Shown: positions 11,876-25,310, counted from the whole stretch's first letter. The stretch is DNA of 63,902 nt, filler included, from Welwitschia mirabilis (GCA_051453625.1; 7 parts of one record of this genome joined end to end with filler, not necessarily neighbours in it), one strand, 5' to 3'. The notes: a model not told the origin generated them from the sequence alone. Numbers and translations are program-made.

Positions 11876-14800
11876 TTGGAGAATAAAGTTGATCAGCTTC
11901 AGGGCATCAATCTTGTCTTGAGCCTTACCACATTTAGTTTTGATAAGAAAAATGTAAAGAGCATATGAGATGCTAAACCTTATCAAAACTTTTGACTAGC
12001 CCACCTAGAGAAAATTGATATGCTAATTGAATCTCTAGGTGAGATGCATCTCTGACCCTCGAGTGAGAATTCTACAAGGTCAACATTAAAGACTAGGCAT
12101 TATGACAAGAATAAGCTTTGTGGTTGCTTTAAGAATTACATTACTTAAGTTGAGGAATAGTTTATTTAAGGATTTAAGAAGTGTTTTTGATTTTTATTTC
12201 TGTAATTAAATCAAATAATTGCTTTTCTTAATAAAGTTTTTTAGTTTTATTCCAAATAAATTATCTTTTACTATTTTTACTTTATTATGGATACATCTAT
12301 TCTATTAAATGAAATTCCAATTAAATAATTTATCAAATTGTTAAGATCATGTAAATTGATTTAAAAGATCAAAGTTTTTTCTTAGCTTAAATAGAATTTA
12401 ATAATTGTATACGATATTAAATTGAAAATATTTGAATAAACATTCCATTATAGATTGGAATATTTCCTTCTAATTTATTTTCTTTTTTGACCTCTAGTTC
12501 TAATAAGGTTCTAGTTTTGATAACTAACTATGTCTTAGATGACTCTTAGGGCATAACTGTTCCTTCACTTTTCATTTTTTTACAACTTGAATTAACCACA
12601 ATGAGGAATATACAATCAGTATCAAAGGAGTAAGAAAATATAGGATTTTTTTTTATATCCAAATCATGATCAACTAACCCCTCAGTGGAGTTCTCATAGC
12701 TATTATATTGTATTATCAAGGCCCCCCTTAAGAATATTTTCTTTGGTAAACTTGCANNNNNNNNNNNNNNNNNNNNNNNNNNNNNNNNNNNNNNNNNNNN
12801 TTAATTAATTAANNNNNNNNNNNNNNNNNNNNNNNNNNNNNNNNNNNNNNNNNNNNCTATTCATCATCAACTCATCTACAAAGCCTAAGCTAAGTTTAAA
12901 CATGATAAAAAGTTACTTTATAAAAAGTTTGAATTTACTAAACTTATTCTTTTATATAATACTAGAGTACATCTTTTATGTATAAAGTTAACATATAAAT
13001 GGTTAGGTCCTTATTTTATAGAGAAAGTATTGGGATTTACAACTTATACACCAAGGAGATTTAGAAAGTTAGTGAATAAAGGTTTAAAATATATGAAAAA
13101 CCTTTTAATATAACCTTGAACATGAGAAAATAAATTATTTTAGAGGTTCTTCTCAATGGAGAGGACTTCATCCCTATCATTATTTGAATTCTCTCTTAGC
13201 CTAGTCCTTTGGTGGATGTTAAGATATTACTTGATCATCTTTAACTTGACTTATGTATTTGCTTTATGAAGTTTATATGATTAATAATTGTACTTAGGCA
13301 TTTTTATAGTGATAAGATTGGATTCATCCAATCTTAAGGCATTCAAATATCTATGAAGTTTACTTTGAAGGAAGATGCTTTGATTCTTGTACTTTTTTTT
13401 TAATGGTGTGAGGTCTTTAATTGTTTAGGTGTGTTCTTTTCTATCTTTTATTTCACTTCCTTGCCTTTATGTTTTTGAGTATGTTATTATGTGGTAATCA
13501 GTTTTGGGGGGAAAAAAGAAGCAAGAATAATAATCATGATCTATTATATCTATGCTAAAATACATAATCATCATGATGTCTTATTACACTAGGCAAAATT
13601 TTTTAGAAAGGAATCTTTGGCAGTGTTAGTAGCTATGGTAACTTCACTGGGGCTCAGTTGATTATGCTTCATGAGTCCTTACTTCTTTGATTGTGGCTAC
13701 AATGCCCTCATCATAGGAAGTAGTAATAAAACTTTGAGGCTATGGGACCAGTGGTGTTCTTGGTTTTATCAAATGCATTACTTGTTTTCTAGACTATTAG
13801 TATTCCCATATGATCATTTCACTTTTAAGGATTTAGGTATGTTTTGAGGTGTGAATAGGTGAGTTCATTTTTTAGTAGCTTTTGATCTTATCATTCATTA
13901 TTTTAAGTGCTTGATCTATAGTGTGATCATAATCACTTCCTTTTTAAGTGGAAATTTATGGAGTCAATACATTTTTCTATGTATCTTTACTCAGGTGGCT
14001 TTATGATGTCTTTTGAGAGGGTTTGCTAGGTTAGAATTTAGGGTAGATATGCAATCTTCTTCATAGCCCTTATGTACATTTTTGTTTTGTCTTTTTTTGG
14101 TTCTTTAATTTGTTATTTCAAAGTCATTTCTATACTTTTTCATCATAATTTAGAGTAACTTATCATTTATTAGTTTTTTTGTTGTTATTTTCATCTTCAC
14201 TCATGTTATTTTAGTAATAGAGAATTGAAATTCTTTTATTATTTTTATTAGATGATATTCTCTTATTCTTAAATGAATTCTTTATGATTTTTACGAGATT
14301 TCTTTGAGTCTTTTTTTTGGAGTTCGATATATTTTTATGATTACTTTTCATCTCAGACACATTTATCTAGTTTTATTTATTAGGCTTAATCTTACTTAAT
14401 GCATTTTCATTACTTTATCTTTCAATTACTTTGAGTTTCTCTCATTATCCTCATCCATTATGACTCTTCCCCATTCCCTATTTTTGATACCTTCACATTG
14501 ATATCTGAGTCTAATTCATTCAACTGATATTTTTATTTTTTTAAAACTTTTTAAAGTTTCATGATCCACTAGGTAGTCCAGATGATATAGAGGATGACAG
14601 CTGAGATTTTTCTAAGAGTTGTCCTAGAGCTATTGTCCAAAAGATATGTCTAGAGAATAGTGCAATAAAACTGTGGATGCATTTTTCCCCTCCATTTTTC
14701 TTCATTTCTTTATCATTTTTGCCTATTCCTTTGAGGAATAGCAATCACCTTAGTCCTTACCCATGTTTTGGAACTTTTTCTCGTGAGATTAGTACTTCAG

Positions 14801-15399
14801 ATTGCAAATTTTAAATGAATTTTTTAAAATGAGGTATGTTTTTCTATTCTTCATTATTTTCAATTTTTCCTTTCATTTTTGAGCCTTTCATCATGTAGTT
14901 TTCCTGTATATCATTTAGTTTTTTGTGCTCTTCAATTTGATACTTATGGATTTGATTTTCACCACATATTTTATGAGATATCTCAAATTGTGCATTTTAT
15001 GAGGTAGAATTAGGTTTTTTACTTTAAACCTCATTTTCTCCAAAACTATAAGTTGAAAAATAGTAGTCCTTTAGGGTAAATCAATCAGTGCAATGAGCTT
15101 TATGATTCTACTAGATTAGATTTTTGATTTGAATACTTTCATTTTTGACCTTATGTGAGGCCCACCAGTTTTACGCATTTCGACTTTTTCTCGGGATTTG
15201 TATTTTTATTCTCATGATTAGATAATAAAAGACATATTAACACTCTCAAAGAGGCACTTAGGACATATTTTTATGATTTTTACACATTAAAAACCAAGTT
15301 ATGGGTCATTTCGAGCTTCTACGCCAAACATTTTAGTTGTCTCCACTTGACCTTGCATCATGCGTTTCATGTTTATAACTGATTAGGTCATGCACATGT

Positions 15400-16620
15400 A
15401 GAGTGAGATAGGCCAAGGCTGAAGCTGAGGCAGTAGAGCAAGAGATAGGCCCATTGAAACCAGAGGTTGAGTAGTAGAGCTAGTCCATCCTTCACCTCAT
15501 TAGGCTTAACCTATCTCGATTCAAAGAACTGCCATTTGTATAGAGAGATATTTTGAGAACTTCATGAGTTGTTTAGAGCTAAAGGTAGATCAGAGACTAA
15601 TAAATCTATAGCTTCAGTGAATCACAGATGCATAGAAGACATGTTACATCTTAGAGACTAGAGACTTTTACAACACTATACATATAGAGAGGCGTTTTGA
15701 TGCTTGTGACCAACTGGTTGATATAATCGGAGCTATCATTTACAGCCACGAGAGAGAGATTTTTCTAAATCACATTACTACTTTTAATGATCTAAGTCAT
15801 ATAAGTAGTACACATATCCATTTAACTAGTGACACAGAGGAGTGTGATGCTTACAGTGCAGTACAAGATATACCAGCTAACCTAATTATTGATAAGTGAG
15901 GAGTTTTAGTGATATAGTTATTAACTACCTATTAGATTCTTCACAGAGGGCTAATTCATAACATTAGCTTGTCATTTCAGAATAGTCATGCTATGGTAGA
16001 GCACCTCCAAATTCTAGTAGTATTCAGGTAGGGGGAGTAGATGGATCTACGAACATTCATTTAGAGGAGACTCAGGAGTATGATTACGCATAATAGTTAT
16101 AGATTCTGGGATATCCTTGCCTTCTCTTAGCCATGTTTAGATACTTTGATATACCTAATCCTGTGGATAATAATAGACTCACACATCTTTATACTTTAGC
16201 TTGTTACCTAAAAAACATAGGTATTTGGATACCAGGAGAGGCAAAGAGATCTTAGGTATAGAGAAATATGATTAACATCATTATTGAGCAGATTTAGACT
16301 CTCTTGGCAAAGACGATACAGACTATTAGAGAGACAGTAGATTGACACACCATCACACTTGAGCAAAGGATCTTTATGGTTAAGAGGAGAGTATAATACA
16401 CCAATGAGTAGTTGGTTGATATGCATCACTACATATTACGTATTAAGCACAGTGTGATAGTTAACCTGAAATAGGTAGTTAGAGTATAGGGAGACAAGAC
16501 AACATGCACTATCACAACATCATTTGATCATCATTTCCCTATAGATCCTAAGCATCCTCCCTCTTCTTCACCCACACCTGAGCCTACTGTGCATTAGGAG
16601 TTCATTATGACATTATGAGA
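15400..16620 (+). pseudogene. Athila second (env-like) ORF remnant; limits approximate
   Basis: Coding-like, less AT-rich tract between integrase and PPT. LGYPCLLLAMFRYFDIP (~16106) resembles the LxFPSLITxLC motif of Athila ORF2. Confidence 0.55.
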
Positions 16621-17169
16621 GGAGTGAGTTACTATAATTGTATTATTTATCTTCCCTCCATGAATTGTATAAAAACTCATGATTTTTTTATAGACATATC
16701 ATTTATTGAGTATCATTATGGTGTACATATTTATTACTAGATATTATGCATTTCATTTATGTATTATTTTTAACATTTTATGATGAGGATTTTTCTTATG
16801 TTATACATAATTATTTTTTTTAGTGTCTGCTATACATTTGAATGGGGATTGTTAATATCGATGCACTTTAATGTTTATATTTCTAAAAACATTTTTAGAG
16901 GATTCTATTTTTAAAGACTAATTTTTGAGCGTATCATCCCCTCCATCATCCTAATGGCCATCAGGACGACAGTACAACCACTTACATTGCATAGCTAAAA
17001 CATTCAGTTATTTGTTTTTAACATTTCTATTATGTATTTTAAGATTCTTGAGAATATTCCTAAGTTTATTTTACAGTTTCCTAGTTGATTTATTATTAGT
17101 CAATTTGGCTTGTAATCATGGTTGTTCACCTGATTTTGTCAAAGATTGACAAGACTAAGTGGAAGGCTA

Positions 17170-18389
17170 TGTTGCACTATCAAATCATATGTATTTGATA
17201 AGGCATTATGCATAGTTTTGTAGGACATTAAAAAGGTTTATGTTGAGTTTCAATGATAATAAAGAGTTAAGGCAAATATTATGGAAACATGCAATCATCA
17301 TTATATTTAATAACATTTAAATCAAATTATAATACTTCTTATCTAAAGAAGCAATCTTATAATCAAAGAGGCTAATCTAACATAAGAAATATTTGTATGA
17401 AGCCCATTATCCACCTCATCATCCATATGATCAAACTGACAAGAAAATTACTTATTTTGATAAGGACACTTACTGGATTAATCTGGGAGATGATGTAGAT
17501 CATGTATGATGTAGCATCATCTCTTGTGATATTCAAAAAACTAGTAGGATAAAATCTAAAACTAATGCTTTAACAAACTTCACTAAATTTTTACCATATA
17601 TCTTGCACCTTCTTACATGGCTATTAGGGTTTTTATTGTGTCTATTAGTATTTGTTATTTTTAGGTCCATTTTGGCACTAGAAATTCTTGTGAGAGGAGA
17701 TTGAAGGGTAGGAGATCCATCCTTTGTTATCAAAAAGAGACATCTTCTTTAATTTTAGGCTATGTTATCCTTCATTGAGGTGCTACCTCTTCGTAATAAG
17801 GATGTTGGTTCAACTTAATTAAAACTCTATTTTTCTTTTTATATCTTTTGTTACATGCATCTTCCTTATGGTTTATGTTACTTTTGATTCTGTGATAGCT
17901 TTATCTGTGATATAGATCATAAGGGAAACCTTTGTTAAGATTGACATTATTAGTTTAAGTGCATTACATTTCATTTTCTAGATTAGCGTTTCATTATTTT
18001 CATATTTTATTTAATGCACTTGATAGCTTTAGATTGGTCTTAGTCTAGTAACATCTTTCCTTGATCAATTGAGGTTATATAGGGTTGATCTCTATGATAG
18101 GTTGATTTGGTAATCGGGTAGATGTTACATTTAGAGTAGAACTTGCATCTAATTTACATAGTATACTTATTTTCATTGTTATTTTATATTGTTATTATTC
18201 TACTTAGAGATTACATGAGTATTTTATTTTGAAATCAATTATTTTTCTCTCGCCTATGCCTTTAATAGAATTACAATATTTGGGTTAATTCCATCTATAT
18301 TATTGTGTTGTGTTATGTAGTATATATGTTTTACTGATTTTTAGGATTTGTTTGAGGACGTAACATTTGCACAAATACACATCACAATA
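17170..18389 (+). repeat. Athila 3' LTR (~1.2 kb)
   Basis: Termini tgttgcac...catcacaata. Core ggagattgaagggtaggagatccatc shared with ~31877 and ~51704. The end resembles that of the 2932 LTR. Confidence 0.8.
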
Positions 18390-18547
18390 AGGAGTATGAA
18401 TTTCACTTAGGTTTTTTTTTCTTCCATACTTTATCCATTTCATTTAAATGAAATCAACCTTAAAATTTGTTAAAACTTTAATTATGTTTATTCAACACTT
18501 GAATGTCAATTTGCAAATTTTCCATGTTAAGAAACTTTTACACATCT

Positions 18548-18900
18548 TTGCTAAGAGACTAGCAAAATGTTGATTGGAGGTGTGATAACATGCAAAAATA
18601 AAATTCATTTCAAGTAATTAAGGCTAATTTAGCATTTTGAAGTTTTAGTTTTCGTAGTTTTATGAACTTATATCTATCTATGCTATTGAACCCATATAAA
18701 ATGGACGTTCTAGCTCTACTAGAAGCTTAGTTGGAAATTCATTAGAAAGTTGATGGCACTAGTTGGATCTAATAGTGGCATAAATCATGTTGCAGATTAG
18801 GAGCTCTTCTTTATGGATTAGGGACTTTGGTAGATTTTAGGATTTTTGAAGTAATTAATGAAGTAATCTAAAGTTGCTAAAAACTATGAAAATTTTCAAA
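18548..18900 (+). repeat. PPT and start of the 3' LTR of an older Athila host element; right end undefined
   Basis: ttgctaagagactagcaaaatgttgattggaggtg|tgata resembles the Athila TTGCTCGxGGACTAGCAAAA..GGGGG-TG junction. Confidence 0.55.
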
Positions 18901-19949
18901 ATCCTAACCCTAATATTTTGGTTAAAAAAGGGAAAGTGGACCTCATTTTTAAGTAACTTTTGATATATTCTGTTTATAATAAATCGTTTAAAATTGAGAG
19001 GAGCTTTAAATATGTCTTTTTTCTAAGTTAATTTTTTCAGAAAGGAGCTATCTCTTAAGGCTAGATGAAATATAAAGCATTAGATTGATATTCCATTCAT
19101 ATAGATTTTGCTTTCTTACTATAATAAAGTGCTAAAATTTCTTCAATATAGTTTTCTAATTTTAAGTATGCATATTTTTTCATACTTGTAATTCTTGATT
19201 TAGATTGAAGTATGTTAAGCTCTTTGTAGTTAAAAGTAAGTATTTATGTGCTTGTCTTACTTTAAAGTTTACTATCATTTGTTTTCTAGGAGGATTTTGT
19301 ATTTTTTGATTTTTTAAGATCAATTTGGTATAGACATCTTCTATGTTATAGACATCTTTAAATAATATTGTAGATATTTTCAAGTTTAAATATGTCTATA
19401 ATCTAGGTAAAAATAATAGTTAATAGTTAGGGTTATACATATTTACAAGGATAAATTCTTCCTTTCAAACATTGTCATTGCATCCACATAAGCTATACAT
19501 GTATGTTTCAAGTTTCTCAAGCCTTATAGCTTAAAAGTTTAGCCATTATAAGGTATCTTCTACATCCATTAAAGATATTTTCTTATGGAAAAGACTTCTT
19601 TCTTCTCTAGATTAGAGTCATTCATTAATCCCTTAGTTTTTTCTCATTATGTTTACACCTAGTTTCAAAACATCATCTAGGGCATATAAGGAAAAAGAGA
19701 CCGCTCTATAACATAGGTATGAGCCCTTGTTAATTAATTAACATGATCAAAAAAGATATGCTAGCTAGAAATTAGTTAATATAGATAAAGAAAGAACTCT
19801 TAGCTTTAAACCAAGTAGGAATATAGAAATCCATAATTGTTTTAAGCATTTTAGTGGTAGAAATTAGTAGGTTTTACACAACATCTACATGATTAGATGA
19901 TTCATGAATATTATTGTAATGTACATGAAAAAGATAATGATGTAGTACT

Positions 19950-20400
19950 TTTAGAAACAAGTATGTGGAAAAGTTATTTAGATATCTCTTATTTTTAAAT
20001 AATCTACTTGAAAAAGATATGGAAAATGTTTCTTAATTGTATTTTTCTAACTTCAAAACGATCTTTACATGTCAAGAAATTAGAGTCTCTCTTAAAGGTC
20101 TTACATCTCATATTTTTGGCCCATCTCATACCACATTGATAAATGAATTAAGTGTAAATATATGACTACTAGTGAACTCCTTGAGCCTAATATCATTCTT
20201 TAATATTCTTGTTAGAGGTGCTTGATACAATTGTTATATAGCTATGAAAACCTTTGTTATTTACTACTTGCTAGCCAACAGTCATATAGATATTGGATAT
20301 GTAATTTTTAGAGATATGATCTATTAGTTCTATCACCCTCAAATCTTTGTCCATTTAATTTTAATTATCTTACTCATTTCTAGGGTTGGCATTAAGATTT
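19950..20400 (+). pseudogene. env-like (plant transposon protein) ORF remnant, probably Sirevirus
   Basis: 20136-20318 translates LINELSVNI*LL..FNILVRGA*..FVIYYLLANSHIDIGYVIFRDM, resembling NILPRxG..LYxLLxxxxIDxGxxI. Preceded by agacatct motifs at 19330-19356 like those in the LTR at 24187. Confidence 0.5.
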
Positions 20401-21924
20401 CTTCTTTTAATCTAATTAGGGATAAAACTTCACTATCAAATTTTAGTACAAAGAGATGGACTATAAAATCAAAAGGTGAAAATACAAGCTTCTTACAAAC
20501 TAGTTCTTAAGTAGTTTAGATTAGTTGGAGCATGAGTTGCATCCTCAATAAAGAGAGATCTAAAAGAAAATACAAAAGTAATAAGCAAGATAGAAAGAAA
20601 CATCATGCACCTGAAGAAATGTTAGGATAGGTTTGCATATGAAGTAGCTAGCGAGGGGAAGGAATCTTTATCTAAATTTAAGATGATGGAAATTACCATT
20701 TAGATAGATAGTTTTACGGCTATTTTTCATAATGTTAAAATTATTTGATTTGATTAGAAGCAAGTGTTATTTGGCCCTACTTAGGATGTAATAATGATTA
20801 AAGTACTCCAACAATGAAATATTGCTAGACAGGTAGAAAGTTCATGACTAAATATTATTGCTATTATTCTTTAAACACTAATTACTGAGTAACTTACAAA
20901 ATGATCTAGAAATATTATGCCTAAATAATAATATTTTTAATGAAAGTTTATTATGTAGAATTAAGATTTAGGTTGGAAGCAATAACACATACTTAAAAAA
21001 AACAAAAAAAACCGCTCATTCAAGCATCAAGACAGTGCTTGGTTATTATTAGAATTTTGATTTAAGTTGATTCCTCTTTACCTCTCAATTTGCATTTAAA
21101 TATTTTAGCATTAGGTTATAGACTAACTTTAGGAAGATGGCTACACGATTATGAATAACAGTAATCTCTAGCATCTTATAACTTGAAGAATTTAAGTATT
21201 TCATTTTCTTTATTTAGTTAGACTAAAAGAGTATGAAGCGATGCAAATGGCTCTGATGAATTTCACTAAAGAGATAATGTGAAAAGAAAAAGAACAAAAT
21301 CTAGAACAAGACATATTTAATTATCAAATTTATCTTTAACATTATAAAATATTGTTCAATGGAAGTGGCAGTGAAAAACTTTAGAGTTTACAGAGTTAAT
21401 TCTCCTTGGATCTGAGCGGCTATAATAGATTCCACCTCTTAGATGGCGATTTGTTCTTTTTCACGCTGTTCCTTCTTTGTGTCTCAGGATTTCGAAAAAC
21501 ACGCCCTTCTCCCATGCGCTCTGTTCTTCTCTTGTGTAGATGCTGCATTCTCTCTGTGTGAAACGCTATCCAAATCATATTTTAGATTGAAGATTCTCCT
21601 CTTAATTAGCGTCGCCTCTTTTCCATCTCACAGAAATATCGTTCAATGTCATCCATCTCTCTCTTTTTCTCTTTTATAGCCTTCCTAAGATAGAACTCCA
21701 GAACCTTTTCATATATGCCACCTTTCTTGGCCTCACAGCTTTCAGCACCCGCCTTCTGTCTTTTCTCCATTAATTTGACTGTTCTCCTTTCTTGCTCTTC
21801 TGTGTTTCTTCTGCTGTGTGCATCTCAATCGCCTTCTCTCTCTCCTTCCTTCTTCCTTTTTTATTTTCGTGGATGCCCACCTCTGTTGATATCAGGAAGA
21901 AAGTGAGGAAGTAGTTTCACTGCC

Positions 21925-22600
21925 CAGAATGAACTTTGAGATTTGTTCGTTATTCAGGCTTAAAAAGCATTAGTTCTTCATTCCAAATTCTGTTTAAATT
22001 GTTTCGTCTGACTTGTGTCTGAACAGTTTTCTTCCCAACAGATAATGTGACATAAGGATCACTAGTCTTCACATCTCAAACAGCTAAATCTATCCCCTTG
22101 ATTACTTTACTTTCAGCATGAAAATTATGTCATCCCAGCCTGTGCATGATTGAAAGTTTTGTTAGAAGGCTATAAATGAAATGCTGAACTCGCATTGGTA
22201 GAGAGTGATGTAATTCTAAGATTTAGCTTTAAAAATTTCTATAATTCATACTTTTGCTTGATGATGTTAAAACGTCCTTCATATGAAGCATCTGGTTTAG
22301 TAGTTTTTATGCTATCAGGTAAAGCATTTTCACCAACCTCAAGCATTGAATTAATTTCTACATCTATGTAGTTGTCTAGGGTTTTAGATAGTACCTTTGA
22401 AGTATGCACTTTAAGATTTTGATGCACACCTAAACACTTGATGCAAATGAAAACTCCAATGTTTGCTCATGCCCATTTTGATTTTGAAGCACCACAATCA
22501 AAGCAAACTCATTATCTCATTGACACAGTGGCCCCCAAAGCCTCGTCATTGCTTCATAAGAAAATTTGATTTCCTTAGCTTTAATACTATCTGAGTCCAT
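21925..22600 (-). pseudogene. Processed (intronless) pseudogene of an ArfGAP + C2-domain protein, AGD11/AGD12(ZAC)/AGD13 type, 3'-truncated within C2
   Basis: ATG at 22600, then MDSDSIK..RLWGPLCQ*DN, a frameshift, VCFDCGASKSKWA*ANIGVFICIKCLGVHQNLKVHTSKVLSKTLD..EINSMLEVG..KQKYEL*KFLKLNLRITS (ArfGAP CxxC-x16-CxxC), then AGM..LKVKVIKGIDLAV*DVKTSDPYVTLSVGKKTVQT..NLNRIWNEELML (C2). Contiguous, no introns, several stops. Confidence 0.92.
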
Positions 22601-24186
22601 TGTCTTGAATGCTAAAATTCATTAGATAGGAGGGACAAAGGAATTACAACTATTCTTGCAAGCACAAAATATAAATAGACAAATGCAGATGCAAAACTAC
22701 AACTTTGAAGTGAGAATCAACTTATCCCTTTAACATATAATCACCTAGGAGAGGCCGACTAATGGCTAGAAAGAGAAATGGCTATTTAAATAAATGCTTA
22801 GAAGTGAGCATTAGATGTGTCTAAGTGTCATTGTATAGGATCATAGGATAGAGGATATGGGTGTAGATAAATAAAAGGGAAAAAATAAGGGAAATATGGG
22901 GGTATAGGGTAATGTCAAGAGTATATAGGAAAAAGATGGGGTGTATGAGGTGATAAAAGGCAATAGTAAAATAAGCAATGGGTATGACATAGGTGAAATG
23001 GACATTGGTGAAAGGAAGGTAAAATGGTAAAATAAAATGAGGGAAAAGCATGATGGGTAAAATTTAGATTGACATTCAAGTGGGGTATGAGGTCAAGATA
23101 ACCATTATGTAATACATGAAACAAGAAAATATAAGGTATGAGATAGTAAAAGAGGGGAAAATGAATGGGATAAAGAACATGGTACATAGACAAGGTACAT
23201 GAAAATTACAAAGAATGTATGCATAGACAGTAATGATAAATATGATAGTAGGAATGGTTTAGAAGGAGAGGGGAAATAATCTTCAAGAGGAAAATACTAT
23301 CATTCAAGACATGGAGAAGATTCTTCATTGGAAAAAAGGCACATCATGTAGGGGAACCTCAAGAGGTATAATAGTAATCATCCTCTGAGTCTAATGCTAC
23401 ATTTTAAACTTGTTAATCTATTAAACTTAGAATGTAAAGGCAAGCACCATAGATACCTATTGCTTTAGCATTGTAGATTCCAGCACCTCCCATAAGTGTA
23501 CTAGCTAGAATTTAGGACTTGTCCTAAGAGATAACATCTAGCTTACTTGGTACCTCCATTACATCACAAACATATTGTAGAATGCATTAACAAATTTCGT
23601 AGGCTTCCACTCAAATAGGTAATAAATAGCAGCGTCCTTCCAGTTTCAATTTTCAATAAGAGACCTCATTATCATATAGTAATTATTAAGAATCTTCATC
23701 AAAGCACTACTAAGACATTGATGATAGTGATTAAGATGATTAAGATTATATAGATAAGTCCAACTTTGATGCATCTCCTAGTGAATAGTATCTTCTTATG
23801 TCCAAAAAGGGTAGATCTTTATGAAAATAGAAAATGTTAGAGACCTAATTTAGGACATTTATTCTTTCTTATTATGGAAATGAAGTATTAAAGAACATTT
23901 GGAGATTATACTACATTCTATACTTGTTTTTTGTCTGTGGCATTAATGTTGCCATGATTAACATTGTCTTTGCATAAGTAGTGCTGCCTCATTATTATGT
24001 TATTGTCATTGCATTTAATCATAATCACCTACATTATATATCTAATAATTGTAACTTAATAAATGTCTTTTTTCATACCTCACTATGTCAATTTTCTTTT
24101 CAAGCTATAATATTTTTCTTATTAGTTCATAACTCATGCTTTTAATGAATTTACCAAGTTTAAAATATCACTAAAAAGGGAGAGAT

Positions 24187-25310
24187 TATTGACCTACCTC
24201 ATTTTTATCTACCAAATGTATCAAAATCAGTATCATGTATGGATAGAAAGCATAAAGTTTAAGTTTCAATCAAGGGCAAATAAGACATCTATAAGGATGA
24301 ATGCATCTACTACATTTGAAGACATCAATCAAAATGAAGATGTCTATCAAACATTTGCTAAGTTTTTGTAAGTTCAATTCAAATATAATGTTTCGATGGA
24401 TTTCATGCATTTCAAGGACTTTTCAATAAATATGTCTACATACATTAAATAAAAACATCCATTATGTCACTAAACATCTATAGGATCAAATACATGTTGG
24501 CTATTCTAATGAAGCATGTTAAAAAATGTTTATAGTTTTTTAAAAATGTATATCATACTTTCAAATGTCTACAAGATGAAAGACATCTTAGATAGCTTAG
24601 AGAACATAACAAAAAACATCTACTAAAATTGAGGACATTTTGGTAGAGCATAAAAGCATTAATAAAAACTAGGTACAAATTGAAAATTTCTACATTAGAC
24701 ATCTATAGAGATTAAGGTTTATAAAACTATGAGTATGTTACTTCAACTTAAAATGAAAAGAGTAAAATATCCATTACAAGATATGTATTTAGTATTTTTC
24801 TTCATGCCATCATTTTTTATGATCTAGATTGGACACTTAATTATAATAGTTTCAAAGGAATAAAAATTTAAGCAAGAAAAAAAAAATACAATTACTTGTT
24901 TTTACCTCACTCTCACATTAGGAGACTTTTATGCATTGGGTTCTAAAAGGATTATAAATTATAATAGTGCTATTAAGGCATTCTATTATGTTTTTGAGGG
25001 AAACATCTATTTGTAATCTTGAACTAGAAAGGGGTTAAGTTCACTACCTTATGAGAAGTAATTATATTGCATTTTAAGTTTGTAAGATTAATGGTGAGCC
25101 ATAAACTATAGAATCTTTAATTAGCAATATCTAGAGGTGTGCCATATTTGATTCTCCAAGTGTGAACTACTTAAGTTAAGGAACCATGTCAAATTAGTAA
25201 TATTTTCATTTTTTATTTACATGAAATTGTTTTTAGAAAGCCAGTATTTTCATTTATAGTGAAATTTTGTTTTTTTGAAATTCATTTACCCCTCCCATCT
25301 AAGTGTTACA
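24187..25310 (+). repeat. SIRE-type 3' LTR (AGACGTCT-motif family); right end approximate
   Basis: Follows PPT atcactaaaaagggagagat, with an upstream PPT at ~23800. Repeated agacatct/agatgtct motifs and C-rich end atttacccctcccatct..ttaca. Confidence 0.75.

Larger units (their letters stand above)
12857..18389 (+). mobile_element. Athila-type element, 3' half: integrase C-terminus, spacer, env-like ORF remnant, PPT, 3' LTR
   Basis: ~12885-13100 translates KAKFKHDKKLLYKKFEF..LLYNTRVHL..KLTYKWLGPYFIEKV, matching Athila HDKKI..VLLFNSRL..KLKSRWSGPF. A PPT-like gacaagactaagtggaagg precedes TGTTG at 17170. Confidence 0.8.

Noticed and set aside
12801..12812. Palindrome ttaattaattaa centred in N runs (also 25367, 31343, 54680, 58982, 62792)
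   Set aside because: Always 44 N + 12 nt + 44 N = 100 nt. It is an artificial six-frame-stop scaffold spacer, not biology.
21249..21262. PBS-Met-like catcagagcc on the minus strand downstream of the chimera
   Set aside because: It lacks the TGG start and has no adjacent LTR end, so it could be chance.
21443..21906. + strand ORFs 21443-21679 and 21715-21906 as small membrane proteins
   Set aside because: Their F/S/L/C richness follows from the pyrimidine-rich strand, and I see no recognisable domain.
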